The notes under the pieces are model-generated. The model was not told the DNA's origin. It searched no databases and saw only the letters and a list, made by a program, of their open reading frames with translations. The position numbers and the translations under genes were made by a program. This document shows positions 1-11,787 of a DNA stretch of 45,846 nt, piece by piece (position 1 is the stretch's first letter; the number at the start of each line of letters is the position of its first letter). Origin of the DNA: Thraustochytrium aureum (taxonomy: Eukaryota); assembly GCA_012862495.1 (NCBI GenBank), contig BLSG01000121.1, positions 67,434 through 113,279 on the forward strand. The letters are read 5' to 3'.

Positions 1-965
1 GCCATGGGTAAGTAAATCACCTTCGTCTTCTTTCAATCAATCAAGAAGCTCGAGTACTCTGTCACGAGGCATCGGCGCTGCCGTAGAGCAGAACAGAAGA
101 GACATGATCTCCCAATGGTTCGCGATGTTCTGTGACTCATGATCTGCGGGTCTGTCAATTTCGAATCTTCAGGAAAATACGGAATTCGGATCGTAGAGCA
201 CGTACTAGTATTGGTCGCGTACTTACTCGAGTAGAGTGAGTAGGAAGGTACCGGTACCTCCGGCCGGCTTGGGGGTGGTCGCCCATGTCGATCCAATCTT
301 TCCTTGCTCGGGGCCAAGGATCGCAGTCGCGTGACTCGCGCGAGTGCGACGAGGCTATTCACCACCTTCGTCGCACACCATTTTTCGAATCTTCGCCGAC
401 TTGCCTGCGTCGCTCCCCCAGGAACTGGGGCGCTTCATCACGCCCCTCGGCGCAATAATTTGGCCCTGCCCGCCAAGCGCCCCATCGCCAAGCCGCCAGC
501 GCTTCGAGCCAGGGCACGATGCCCCCGCGTGGCTGCGTGTGGGATGTAAGTACGAGTACGTCCGTCCGCACTGGACGTCCGCCCTTCCTCGCGCCGAGCG
601 GTGATGATGCAGTGGGCGAGCGCCTGAAGTTGGTTGTTGCCATGGACAGCCCTCGGCTCGCAGTGCGCTCTGCTTCTCTGGCCGACCGGCCGGCCGGCTG
701 GCTGGCTGGCTCGGCTCGCTTTGGGCCTGCTTGCGCTCATCGCCCCTTTGCCTCGTTCATCAGGTCGAAAATGTAATGCCTTGGGCTTGGAAGTGTTGTG
801 GAGAATGGAAGTAGACGCCTGACAGACCCTCAACGAACTGCCTTTGGCGCACAGCTTCTGGCAGCGAGCAGGACCAACTCCGTACGGGCGCTGGTCGTGA
901 GGAACGCGCAGCGCAGCGAAGGACTCTCGCGGCGGCTGGCTGAGGGACGCTCGCTCGGGCGCGAA

Positions 966-1961
966 ATGGGCGGCGAAATGGTGCCGTCCAAGGTGGAGAA
1001 CGAGGTTGACGCTGAGACAAACGAGCTGGCGGCTATTGAGGTGGATAAGATCAAGGAGGAGATCAGGCAGCGGCGCGCGTCGCTGCGAAGGCGGAAAGAG
1101 GATTTCAAGGCGCACCTGGAGGTGACGCGCAACCAGGGGTGGGGCGAGCGAATCCTGGAGCGGCTGAAGGTGCTTCTGCCTGTCCTGCTGATCTTTGTTG
1201 GGACTATCTTGGTCGTCTCGCTCGTGCTGCAAGATGAAGTGCTCAAGCTGTTTGATTGGGCGCAGGCGCGCATCCCCGAAAGCGTCATCTACTTTGCACT
1301 GTTCTTGGCGGTGTGGGTCGTCTGCTTTATGTCCAAGTCAATGATCAGCCTCGCAGGTGGGTACGTGTTTGGGTTTTGGTGGGGCCTCCTGGGCGCCATC
1401 CTCGGCATGCTCTTGGGCCTCGTCATGACGATCGGTCTCGTCCTAACCGTGTTTACATGGCTAGGGTGGCGACAGCGCATGCGCTCGTGGCTGCTCAGCA
1501 AGTACCTTGAGGTGCGCGTGGTGCACGACCTGATGAAGACCGAGCCATACAGGGCAATCTTCCTCGTGAAAATGTCTCTGCTCCCGACCTGGCTCAAGTC
1601 GTACAGCTTGGCCATCCTGGACGCGCCCCCGGGGATCCACATCTTTGTCGGCTTTTGGTCGGCGAGCATCTACTCTGCACTCTACGTGTACCTGGGCAGC
1701 GCAGCCAGCGACATCGTCCAAGCCCTCCAAGCCTCCAAGGCCGTGGATACCAAAAGCATCCTCGTCAACGTGTTCGGGATCTTGATGACCGTCGTGGTTC
1801 TCGTCTACATCCGCTTCAAGATCAAGTGGGCGATCGAGGACGCCGAGCGGGGCATCGAGGAGGACGAGGAGGCTCAGATTGAAAAGCTTGAGCACGAGAT
1901 GGCAGACGTTATGGAGACGGGGTCCGGATCTGCGTCGAGCGGCTCGGAGGCAGAGGGGTAA
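966..1961 (+). CDS. TVP38/TMEM64-family (VTT / SNARE-associated Golgi) membrane protein
   Basis: First in-frame ATG at 966 (the ORF track starts at GTG 798). N-terminal coiled coil, then several hydrophobic helices with SLAGGYVFGFWWG, FLVKMSLLP...SYSLAI and LYVYLGS, matching the VTT domain pattern. TAA at 1959-1961. Confidence 0.8.
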   Translation: MGGEMVPSKVENEVDAETNELAAIEVDKIKEEIRQRRASLRRRKEDFKAHLEVTRNQGWGERILERLKVLLPVLLIFVGTILVVSLVLQDEVLKLFDWAQARIPESVIYFALFLAVWVVCFMSKSMISLAGGYVFGFWWGLLGAILGMLLGLVMTIGLVLTVFTWLGWRQRMRSWLLSKYLEVRVVHDLMKTEPYRAIFLVKMSLLPTWLKSYSLAILDAPPGIHIFVGFWSASIYSALYVYLGSAASDIVQALQASKAVDTKSILVNVFGILMTVVVLVYIRFKIKWAIEDAERGIEEDEEAQIEKLEHEMADVMETGSGSASSGSEAEG

Positions 1962-2285
1962 AGTTGTTTGATGACGTAGAGTACCTGTCGATAGGAGAGG
2001 CCAATTCCTATCTGCGTTGGTGAATCTGCGTTCAACGTTGTTTGTTTGTTTGTTTGTTTTTTGATTGACACTTCCCCGCCCTCATGGGGCGGATCAAGAG
2101 AGATTGATTCGTTCGATGAGTAGGCTGAGGGCAGAGTACATACTCAGCGTTCTGTAAGGTACATGCAGCCTTGAGAGCAGTTCAGACCCGCCCCACTGGT
2201 TCTTTTGTGCTCTGCGTGCGGAATGAGCGCTTTCTCGCGCTTGCCCCTCCACAGTCTTGCCAAGTGGCGCCGCGCTCGTGGACAG

Positions 2286-4799
2286 CTAGATGTTGAGACA
2301 TCCAAAGGGCTCGTCGTTGCGGATCCCGGTCACGCTGCCCCACGATACGATCCCCATACCGTGCGCCTTGAGCGTCCTTACCCACCAGTCAGCGTCCACG
2401 TCAGTGTCTGCCAGCAGGGTTGAACGCCCTTGCTCCGCCGTGGTGACGCAAAACGTCCTCCCCACGTCGTTCAGGAGCAGCGAGGCCTTGCGCTCCGCCT
2501 CTGGCATCCAAATGCGCGCGTGGCCGTCAAGGAGGATCACGCGCACGGACTGGCGCTTTCGCGGATGCTTGTACAAGTGAATCCCATCCGCCCTAAGCAC
2601 CGCAAAGAATCGCCGCAAATTGCTGCTCGAGTTCTTCTTGCTGCTCGAATCAGGCCGCGCCCGGGCCCCCGCCGCCGTAGCCCCCGTGCCATCGCTCGCA
2701 TCAACGATCGTAATGTAGCCGGCCGCAAATCGGCGCGGCCGCACCGCGACGCTGGTCGATTGGCGCTGGATGTGCTCGGCCCAATTGGACATTTCCTGGT
2801 GCGTCGGGGCGGAAAAGTACACGACGGGGCGGCGCGGGTGCCACAGGTGAAACTCGTGCATGACGCGACCAGACCGGTCCATCGAGGCCTGCTGCTGCGC
2901 TTGGACGCTCGTGAGGAAAATCGTGCTGAGCGACATCGCTCGTCCCACCTGGGCCTTTTGCTGGGCTTGCTTGGCCTTGCTCGGTCGCACCAGCGGCCCG
3001 ATCGACGAGCGCCGCCGCTTCTCCTTGCGGTCCCGCAGCTTGCGCATATCAACGCGAAAGTCGCTGTCAGCGAAGCTGCCGTCCATCGCGGGGTCGCGGT
3101 GCGGCCGCCGCACCACGCGCACCTCGGTGCCGTCGATCGGGATCACTCTGCTCGGCGTAGTGTCCCACTCGTTGCGGAAGAAGAGCAGATGCGGGCCTCG
3201 CAGCTCAACCACACGCGCCTTCCAGCGCGAGCCTCGCCCAAAGTGGCCCGTCTTGCCAAACTTGATCAGGAGCGGGCCGCTGTACCCGTCGCGCGCGATC
3301 GCGCGGGGCGGCGGCTCTGGAAGGGCCATGAGCTGATCGTCCGCCTCGGAATCGGCCAGGGACTCGTCGTCCTCCTCGGTGCCGACGCCGACGTCGCACG
3401 TGAGGTACTTGGTCCGCTTTGCGCGTCGCCTACGCAGCACCAGCGTGGTGCTGCGCTCCTCGCTGAGTCGGTCCTCCATGTCCATGAGCTGCTTGATCAT
3501 GCTCTCCAAGTCTTCCTCCCGGAGGGCGGCGCGCGCCTCGGCGTCGGAAAACTGTCCTTGCATCCGATTGAGCTCCTCGCGTAGCAAGAGCGACTCGAGC
3601 GAGACCCCGTCACCGCCGAGCCCAGATTCCTCGCCGTCGCCGAGGCGGTTGCGGTAGCTCGAGGTGAGCTCGCTTTGGGCCTGGATCAACTCTTGGTACT
3701 CGCCGAGGTTTTCCTCCAGCGCGCGGAGCTTGCGCGCTGACTTGTGCGTCTCGAGCGTGTTCATCTCGAGCGCCGACTCGAGCTGCTTGATCTTGCGCTT
3801 GCTCGCGTCGGCTTCCTTTCGAGCTGTGCCCAGCTGCTCTTGCAGGCGCGCAACCGCGGATTGTGGAGTCTGGTCTGCCGCCCGGCCGTCGTCGCTGTCT
3901 TCGTCGTCCAGCTCGCCGCGCACCGCCTCGCGCTTGGCGTTTGCTGGTCGAGAGGCAAGCCCGCGGCGCCGGGACTTGCGCGTCGAGAGGAGCCCTCCCG
4001 ACGGTGACGCCGCGGGCGACCCAGACGCGGCCGACAGCGAGCTCCCTCGCCGCGCGCGGTCTCTGGGGACCGGCGTCCGCATTTTCAGCTGGCTGAGCTG
4101 CGCCTCAAGCTCCGCAACGCGCCTTAGCCCCACGTCTCGTTCCAACGTTAGCGTCTCGAGCCTGGTCTCCGCCTCGACGAGCGAGGCGCCAGCTCCGACA
4201 GCCTGGCGGTTGGCCGTCTCGAGCCGCTGCGACATTTGAGCGTTGCGGGAGGCCATGAGCTCGTTTTCGCCGCGCGTCTCTTCCAGGGCCTCTGCCAGCT
4301 GGACCGCTTCGTCGCGCAGAGTGGACATCTGGGTGCGGAGCTCGTGCAGCGCCTCGGTCTGCTCTTGGAGCGCGCTCTGTAGGCTCTCCAACTCTGCGGT
4401 TTTCGCTTGGTGTTGTTTAAGCAGCTCTTGGCCAATCTCGGCCGCGAGCTTTGCCTCGTTTTTCGCGGTCGCCAGCTCGGCCGTAAGGGCTCGCACCTTG
4501 TCTGTGTGGGCCTCGGCGGGCTTGCCAGCGGTTTGCGCCTGGTGGTTCTCCTTGTCGACATAGCTGCTCCGTCCGAACACGTCACTGCTGCTGCCCCCGC
4601 CCCCAACTTTCGACTCTGTCTCGCTGGCGCCGTTCATGCTGATCTCCCGCTCCGCGTTGCTGCCGCCCGCGGCGTCGACCTCAAACCTTGCGACGCCTGC
4701 GCTCTTTCGCGCGACCGATTTCTTCCTCCCGCCCAGCCCGCTCCCCGGGGTTCCGCCTCCGCTCCCGCTCTTCTCTGGCGACCCGATCCACGAGAACAT
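2286..4799 (-). CDS. Coiled-coil protein with CC1-box-like motif and two C-terminal PH domains
   Basis: Uninterrupted ORF of about 837 aa, ATG at 4799. AKLAAEIGQELL motif followed by long heptad regions. PH signatures: WKARVVELRGPHLLFF...YFSAPTHQEMSNWAEHI and RRFFAVLRADGIHLYK...LLADTDVDADWWVRTL. Confidence 0.8.
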   Translation of the reverse strand: MFSWIGSPEKSGSGGGTPGSGLGGRKKSVARKSAGVARFEVDAAGGSNAEREISMNGASETESKVGGGGSSSDVFGRSSYVDKENHQAQTAGKPAEAHTDKVRALTAELATAKNEAKLAAEIGQELLKQHQAKTAELESLQSALQEQTEALHELRTQMSTLRDEAVQLAEALEETRGENELMASRNAQMSQRLETANRQAVGAGASLVEAETRLETLTLERDVGLRRVAELEAQLSQLKMRTPVPRDRARRGSSLSAASGSPAASPSGGLLSTRKSRRRGLASRPANAKREAVRGELDDEDSDDGRAADQTPQSAVARLQEQLGTARKEADASKRKIKQLESALEMNTLETHKSARKLRALEENLGEYQELIQAQSELTSSYRNRLGDGEESGLGGDGVSLESLLLREELNRMQGQFSDAEARAALREEDLESMIKQLMDMEDRLSEERSTTLVLRRRRAKRTKYLTCDVGVGTEEDDESLADSEADDQLMALPEPPPRAIARDGYSGPLLIKFGKTGHFGRGSRWKARVVELRGPHLLFFRNEWDTTPSRVIPIDGTEVRVVRRPHRDPAMDGSFADSDFRVDMRKLRDRKEKRRRSSIGPLVRPSKAKQAQQKAQVGRAMSLSTIFLTSVQAQQQASMDRSGRVMHEFHLWHPRRPVVYFSAPTHQEMSNWAEHIQRQSTSVAVRPRRFAAGYITIVDASDGTGATAAGARARPDSSSKKNSSSNLRRFFAVLRADGIHLYKHPRKRQSVRVILLDGHARIWMPEAERKASLLLNDVGRTFCVTTAEQGRSTLLADTDVDADWWVRTLKAHGMGIVSWGSVTGIRNDEPFGCLNI

Positions 4800-6283
4800 C
4801 CCCAACCGAGCCCTCGATCGTCGCTTCCACGGCTCCCAGCCCCTGTCGCGCTGCGTGCCGGCAACTCGCTCTGCCCGAGGCCGCCGCTCGGACGGTCGAG
4901 GCCGCCGCCTCTTCTGCCGCCGGCGTCAAACGCCGCTGCCGCGCGGGTGTCCTGCCGCTGCCGACGATGGCCGATGCCGTGCTGGGGTCCTGCCGCTGTT
5001 GCTGCTCTGCTGACGGCGGCGGCGGCGGCGGCGGCGTGGTGGTGGTCCGGGTCTGCTTTCCCTTCCTTGCCCTTCGAGTTGATTGTGCTTTGCTTGCATC
5101 CCAAATCCGCTCCCGTTCCGCAGGCCCTCACAGGCCTTCACAGGCGCCCTGCCGGCCTCGGCCCATCCGTGCGAGCAACAGAGGGAGCAGGCGCGGGGAG
5201 GGCAGGCGAAACCGACGGCGTGTCCTGCGCGGCGCGCCTCACATCTCGCCACGGTTACATCGTGAAATTGCCCGTTTGAGCAGAGGGCGCCCAACTGGCC
5301 CTCCCAGCGACGACCCCCGGAGCCCTGCGTCGCAGGGAGGAAGGACAGAAGGAAGGAAGGACGGCGGCTCTTGGGCCTTGGCGCCTGCCTGCCTGCCTGN
5401 NNNNNNNNNNNNNNNNNNNNNNNNNNNNNNNNNNNNNNNNNNNNNNNNNNNNNNNNNNNNNNNNNNNNNNNNNNNNNNNNNNNNNNNNNNNNNNNNNNNN
5501 NNNNNNNNNNNNNNNNNNNNNNNNNNNNNNNNNNNNNNNNNNNNNNNNNNNNNNNNNNNNNNNNNNNNNNNNNNNNNNNNNNNNNNNNNNNNNNNNNNNN
5601 NNNNNNNNNNNNNNNNNNNNNNNNNNNNNNNNNNNNNNNNNNNNNNNNNNNNNNNNNNNNNNNNNNNNNNNNNNNNNNNNNNNNNNNNNNNNNNNNNNNN
5701 NNNNNNNNNNNNNNNNNNNNNNNNNNNNNNNNNNNNNNNNNNNNNNNNNNNNNNNNNNNNNNNNNNNNNNNNNNNNNNNNNNNNNNNNNNNNNNNNNNNN
5801 NNNNNNNNNNNNNNNNNNNNNNNNNNNNNNNNNNNNNNNNNNNNNNNNNNNNNNNNNNNNNNNNNNNNNNNNNNNNNNNNNNNNNNNNNNNNNNNNNNNN
5901 NNNNNNNNNNNNNNNNNNNNNNNNNNNNNNNNNNNNNNNNNNNNNNNNNNNNNNNNNNNNNNNNNNNNNNNNNNNNNNNNNNNNNNNNNNNNNNNNNNNN
6001 NNNNNNNNNNNNNNNNNNNNNNNNNNNNNNNNNNNNNNNNNNNNNNNNNNNNNNNNNNNNNNNNNNNNNNNNNNNNNNNNNNNNNNNNNNNNNNNNNNNN
6101 NNNNNNNNNNNNNNNNNNNNNNNNNNNNNNNNNNNNNNNNNNNNNNNNNNNNNNNNNNNNNNNNNNNNNNNNNNNNNNNNNNNNNNNNNNNNNNNNNNNN
6201 NNNNNNNNNNNNNNNNNNNTGGGCTTGAGCCACGCAACGCCCCCCAACCGCTCCAATCACACGAGACTGCCTGCCGCATCCGA

Positions 6284-8309
6284 TCACTTGTACTCGGTCT
6301 CGCGGTCGGTCTCAGAATAGATGTGCGCCGCCGAGTTCTCCCAGAACGGCTTTCGCAGCTCGTTTTTCAGGATCTTGCCTGCACCACTAAGTGGCAGCGG
6401 CTCTTCGCGAATGACGACCTGGCGCGGGCACTTGTAGCCGGCAATAAGAGCCTTGCAGTGCTTGATGACCGCTTCCGGCGTGACCTCGCCCGCCGCCGGG
6501 TCCTTGGGAACCACAATGGCTGTGACCTTCTCCACGAGCGTCTCGTCCGGAGTCCCAACCACTGCGCACATCGCAACGCCTGGCATTTTGGAGATGGCGT
6601 TCTCTACCTCGACAGAGTAGACGTTCTCGCCGCCTGAGACAATCATGTCCTTGATGCGATCACGGATGAAAATATACCCCTCATCGTTCATGGAGGCCCC
6701 GTCGCCGGTATGCATCCAGCCGTTCTTGAGCGCATGCGCGGTCTGCTCGGGCATGTTGTAGTAGCCTTTCATCACGTTAGGGCCGCGCACGATGAGCTCC
6801 CCAACGGTGCCATACGGAACCTCAACGTCGTTCTCGTCTACGACCTTGGCTTCGACGTGGGGGACGGCGCGGCCCACCGACTTTAGCAGTTCGCCGCCGC
6901 GGAGATGGTCCTCGGGCGACAGAAAGGTCAGCAAGGGCGCGGTCTCGGTCATCCCGTAACCTTGCGTGAACTGCGCGTTCGAAAAGACCTGCATCGCGTG
7001 CATCAGGGTGGCCTCAGGAATGGGCGAGGCTCCGTACAGGATGGCCTGCAGCGAGCTCGTGTCGTGCTCGGCAATGCCGTCTAGAGCGATTGTCATGGCG
7101 ATCATGGTCGGCACCAGAAGAGAGTGCGTCACCTTGTGGCGCGCGATGGCCGTCACCGTGTCTTGCGGTGTGAACTTTGGGATGAAGACGTGCGTCGCGC
7201 CGGCCATGGTTACCGCAAAGGTGCTCGCGCCGTCCGCCAGGTGGAACATCGGTGCGGCGTGCAGGTAGCGGTGGCCGACCTTGTACATCAGGTTGTAGAG
7301 CATACTGTACGCGTTGACCATGATCGCAGTGTGCGTGAGCATCACGCCCTTGCTCTTGCCGGTCGTGCCCCCGGTGTAAAAGATGCCATACACATCGTCC
7401 CCGGCCACTTCGGCCGCCTCGCCACGCTCTGCCGCGCCAGCCAGGTCCTTCTCATAGTGGACGGTCCCCTCCGGAGCGGCGTCCTTGTCGCCAATGTACA
7501 CGATGTGCTTGAGCGACTTGATCGCCGCCAGGAGCGCGGGGACCCCCGGCGCGAACGCGTCGTCCACGAAGAGGACCTCGGCGCTGCAGTCGTTGAGCAC
7601 GTCTGCGATCTCGGGGGGCGCAAGCCGAATGTTCAGCGGCACGACCCAGGCCCCGGCCCAGGGAACGGCGTAAAAGTACTCGAGGTACCTNNNNNNNNNN
7701 NNNNNNNNNNNNNNNNNNNNNNNNNNNNNNNNNNNNNNNNNNNNNNNNNNNNNNNNNNNNNNNNNNNNNNNNNNNNNNNNNNNNNNNNNNNNNNNNNNNN
7801 NNNNNNNNNNNNNNNNNNNNNNNNNNNNNNNNNNNNNNNNNNNNNNNNNNNNNNNNNNNNNNNNNNNNNNNNNNNNNNNNNNNNNNNNNNNNNNNNNNNN
7901 NNNNNNNNNNNNNNNNNNNNNNNNNNNNNNNNNNNNNNNNNNNNNNNNNNNNNNNNNNNNNNNNNNNNNNNNNNNNNNNNNNNNNNNNNNNNNNNNNNNN
8001 NNNNNNNNNNNNNNNNNNNNNNNNNNNNNNNNNNNNNNNNNNNNNNNNNNNNNNNNNNNNNNNAGAGGCGCGCTTGGCCATGCGGATCGCCTGGCACACG
8101 CTGTACGGCATAAAGTTGCCCTCCATCTCTGCAGGCGTTGTATCCGAGGTCGCGGTCGTCGGGGCTGCCTTTGGTGGCTGTGAAGCGGCTTTCCCGTCGG
8201 AGGCCGCGCGGCGGCGCTTGCTGCTCTTGCTCTCGTCCACGACCAGCTGGTAGGTGTACAAGGCGACGGCGCCGAGCGTGGCGGCACCGACCAGGTTTCC
8301 AAATTTCAT
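6284..8309 (-). CDS. Long-chain-fatty-acid--CoA ligase (AMP-binding, FadD-like) with N-terminal membrane anchor; spans gap 7691-8063
   Basis: AMP-binding motif IFYTGGTTGKSKGVMLTH, plus QGYGMTE, WMHTGD, DRIKDMIVSGGENVYSVEVE and LPLSGAGKILK. The N-terminus MKFGNLVGAATLGAVALYTYQLVV (ATG 8309) lies on the other side of the gap. Confidence 0.9.
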
Positions 8310-9158
8310 TCGCAGTCTCCTCGTGTGCAGAGCAGGTCCAAGCTCCCAAGCTCCCAGTGCGCGCGCTGCCCGTGGAATGCGGTCTGCCAGCGCTCGGTGA
8401 GAAGGGGGCCTACTTCCTTCCGACTGGAGTCTGGGCGCTCGGCCATTCCGCTCCTCATCCTCAAAGCGATCTTTAAGGTACGGAAGCGCCTGGAGACGGG
8501 GCCAAGGTTGCAGGACCTGCAGGTTTTCTTTAACGTTTTGTTTTGTCCTCCACATCTCCTCGTGATCGAGGCCACTGCAGAGTGCGCACGGCCAGCTCGG
8601 GCCGCAAGGTCAAAGCTGACGAGGGACGGGCGGGCGGGCGGGCGGGGGCTGGCAGTGCTTGGTCTAGTGTTGTTGCGCGGTCGCGCACAGGGCCTTGGTC
8701 TGCCTCGTTGTGTGTGTTGTGTGCGGTTGACTCGGATGGGTCGCGTTGTTGGCTAGCTAGAAGGCTGTGTTTGTACAAACAAATCGAAGCGCCGCTTCGC
8801 GCGCGACGCCGCAGGGGCGGCCAGCTCAAACTCAAACCTCGAGAAATACCTCGCCATGAAGCCCCCCATTTTGATCACCAACGTAATGTCCAGGCCCTCC
8901 TCGTATGTGGCGTGGGCGTCCCAGGCGACCCGTGCGCGCCTCGACACGCTCAGCGCACCTGATTCGGCAGCGTAAGATCTCCTGCTTGTTGAAGAGCCCG
9001 CAAAAAGCGCGCCCTCCTCGAGCCGGCGCGCTGTCCGAGCTGACTCGACGGGGCACTCGCCCACGGCCGTTTGGGCGAGTCGTCAACGCTGGTTGAGACT
9101 AGATTGACGCCGCGACCGGCGCACATGCTCGCTCGGCGCGCTGCCCGCTGTGGCATGC

Positions 9159-10689
9159 CTACAGGTAGGTGACGCCGCGCAGCGAAACGGGCCCTTTCGA
9201 GGCCGCCGCCCGCAGCAGGACGCCCGTACCGAGCTCGATCTCGCAAACGTTGCCGTCCGCATCGACCGCCGTTACAGAATCCAAGAACGCCCCGACGTGC
9301 TCAACGACAAACGAAACCCACTCGCGGCGCTCTACACTGTACAGCTCCACCCTCGTGCCCCCAACTAACTCGACGGGCGCCTTGCCCATGCGCAAACCAG
9401 CTCGCTGGCTCAGGCAGCGCCGGACGCGCCGCGATATTGGGCTCGCCACTGCGGGTCCAGGGTCCGAGGGGGGAGCGTAGCGGTCGTTTTTGGCTTCCGC
9501 AAAGAAGCCGCGCGAAGCGCCAGCAGTCGAGCTGGGCCACGCGCCCGCCTGATGGCTCGCCTGTTTGTTAGCACTAGCCGCTCCTGGGGGCGCGGGCTTG
9601 CAGTCTGTCCCAGCCGTCGCGGCTTGCCGGTTTGGCGCTGACCACGCTCGACTGCGGCGCCCGCCCGCCGCGGCCGAGTCGCCGCCGTCCTGGTTGCAAG
9701 AGTGCGCCGCGAGCTCGCGGAAAGCTGCGTTCACGCGCGCAAACACGGCCGCTGCCTCCTCGAGCTGGTTCTTGTCCGGATGCCACTCAAGCGCGCATCG
9801 GCGGTAGGCCCTGCGAATCTCTGCGCGACCAGCCATGGGCTGCACGCCAAGCACCAAGTGGGGGTCCGAGGTGGACAGCAGCAAAACTGCGCGGGCCCTC
9901 AGATCGTCTATATCCCCGCCTTGCCTGTTTGCATCGAGCGCAGCGCCCGCACGCGTGCTTGGTGCGGCGTCTGGGGGTTTGCCGCGCTTCGACTCGTTCT
10001 CCTGCTTGTCGGTGCACTCGCGCTGCGGCCCGCGGTCCGGGCACGACCGTGGCGGGCTCTCCTGTGACGGTCGAGGGGGTTTTGCTTTTGGCGCCTCTTG
10101 GCCGTTGCATGGTGTCTCGTGCGCGTCAGTGTTGGTTGCGGCGGCAGCTTGATCGTCGGCCGCTTCGCTGCTGGCTGTTTCAGGGACGTCGGGGCTTCGC
10201 GGGCAGCCCCCCCTCCTGGCGGTGGGAGGCCGATCCTTGCTTTTGAGCGCGACCTTCGGGCCGCAAAGCAGCAACTTGGTTGGCAAACCAGTTCCTTTCC
10301 TCCTGCTCAGCAAGGCGCAGCAACAGCGCGCTACGCCGCGCGCCCCCAAGCCTCCAAGTGCCGCTGAGGTCGACTTGGTAGAGGCCTCCGGAGAAGCGCC
10401 GCACGGTCAGCCGCGACCCGGTCTCTGCCTTGCCTCGCACCAGGAGGCTCAGCCAAGGCGCTAGCTCGCGTACTTGGGCGTACCCGGGCTTGCCAGTGAC
10501 GTCCTGCAGCGGCTTGAACAAACACAGAACGACGTCGCCGGACGGCTCGCGGCACAGCGCCATCCAGCGGCGCTTGCCGCGCCCTTCGCTCTTCGCACTG
10601 CGGCGCGACTCGCTGCCCTTGCGCAGTCCCGCAGCCGCCTTCGCAAGCCACCGCGACAGCCGGCCCTCGACGCCCTCGGCCTTGGCCAT
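9159..10689 (-). CDS. PH-like domain + DnaJ (J-domain) protein; one frameshift near 10191-10213
   Basis: J domain DPHLVLGV...EIRRAYRRCALEWHPDKN...FARVNAAFREL in ORF 9159..10349. The upstream frame from ATG 10689 gives a PH-like segment (KRRWMALC...LLRLAEQEERNWFANQVAAL). Removing one base from C7 (10207-10213) or G4 (10191-10194) joins them. Confidence 0.7.
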
Positions 10690-11787
10690 CCCCGTCGTCG
10701 GGTCGACCACCTCCACTCGCACAGCGCACGGCCCTTCCAGCAGCACCGCTCCCCTCGCCAGCCCCCTGGCCCCGCCGATTCCCCTTGGCCATCCCCGCGC
10801 CTCCTTCGCGCCAGCGGAGTCTGCCGTGCGCGCCGCGCGCGGGGTGGGTGGGTGAGTGAGTGTCCGTTCAGCAATTGCGCCGAATCGACCTGACCTCGGC
10901 AGCAAACAAACGTCGCTCGTTCAGCCGCGGCGCTTCCGAGCAACGCAGCAAATAAGCAAAACTCGTTCGGCCGCCGCGGGAGCAGCGCAACCCTTCGCTC
11001 GGCCAGCGGGCCTGCCGGCCAGCGGGCCTGCCGGCCGCGCCAAGCCCTTCCTCCGTGACGCGAGCAACGCGAGTCGCGCACGCTGTTCTCTTGCTCTAAA
11101 GAACTGTTCTTTACCAAAGGTGCCTCCTGCCCCCTTTCTACCCCATGCCCCCTGCACCCACACCAACCCAGCATCTCTGCTTAGCTACTTACTCTAGCTA
11201 CTAGAGAGAGCTTACCGAGGGGGGCAGGGTGCGCGCTGCGAACACGCCAACTGCCCCCTTTCCTGAACGAAACGCATGGGCCGGCACCTCGTGCGGTGGA
11301 AAATGCACAAAGCATCCTCTCTACCTATTACCCCGAGTCTCCGACCCACAGAGGGCTATCACGCAAGTATTCCGCGTTTTTCGTTCAAAACATTGAGCTG
11401 CTCTCCACAAAAAGGGTTAATAATTTATTTTAGAATGATTGCGGAGATTCTGGTCTATTTGCCAAATACGTTGCCAAATATGCAATCGCGGTTCCGCAAG
11501 AGGAAGTATCGAGGGCAGCGGGGGTATGCCGCAGTGCGGGAGCGGATTTGGAGATGTCTCGGACGAGCAGGAGCAGGCAGAGGAGAGCTGAGCTGCAAGG
11601 GAGCGCGCAGGCGGGCGGGCGGGCGGGCGGGCAGGCGTGCCGGAAGGGCGAGCAGGAGGAGGCGGAGCAGGTGGTGGTGCTGTTGCTGGAGGCTGCTGGG
11701 AGGACGGGCCGGATTGAGGTGGGCTTGGACGTGTGCCGGCCGCGTCAAGGCGGCGAGCGAGCGAGCGAGCGAGGCTCGGCGGGCGGG

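Noticed and set aside
1..872. GTAAGT donors at 8 and 546 extending the TMEM64 gene upstream
   Set aside because: The best acceptor (cag 761-763) leads to stops in both cases. A 5' UTR intron is possible but cannot be supported without transcripts.
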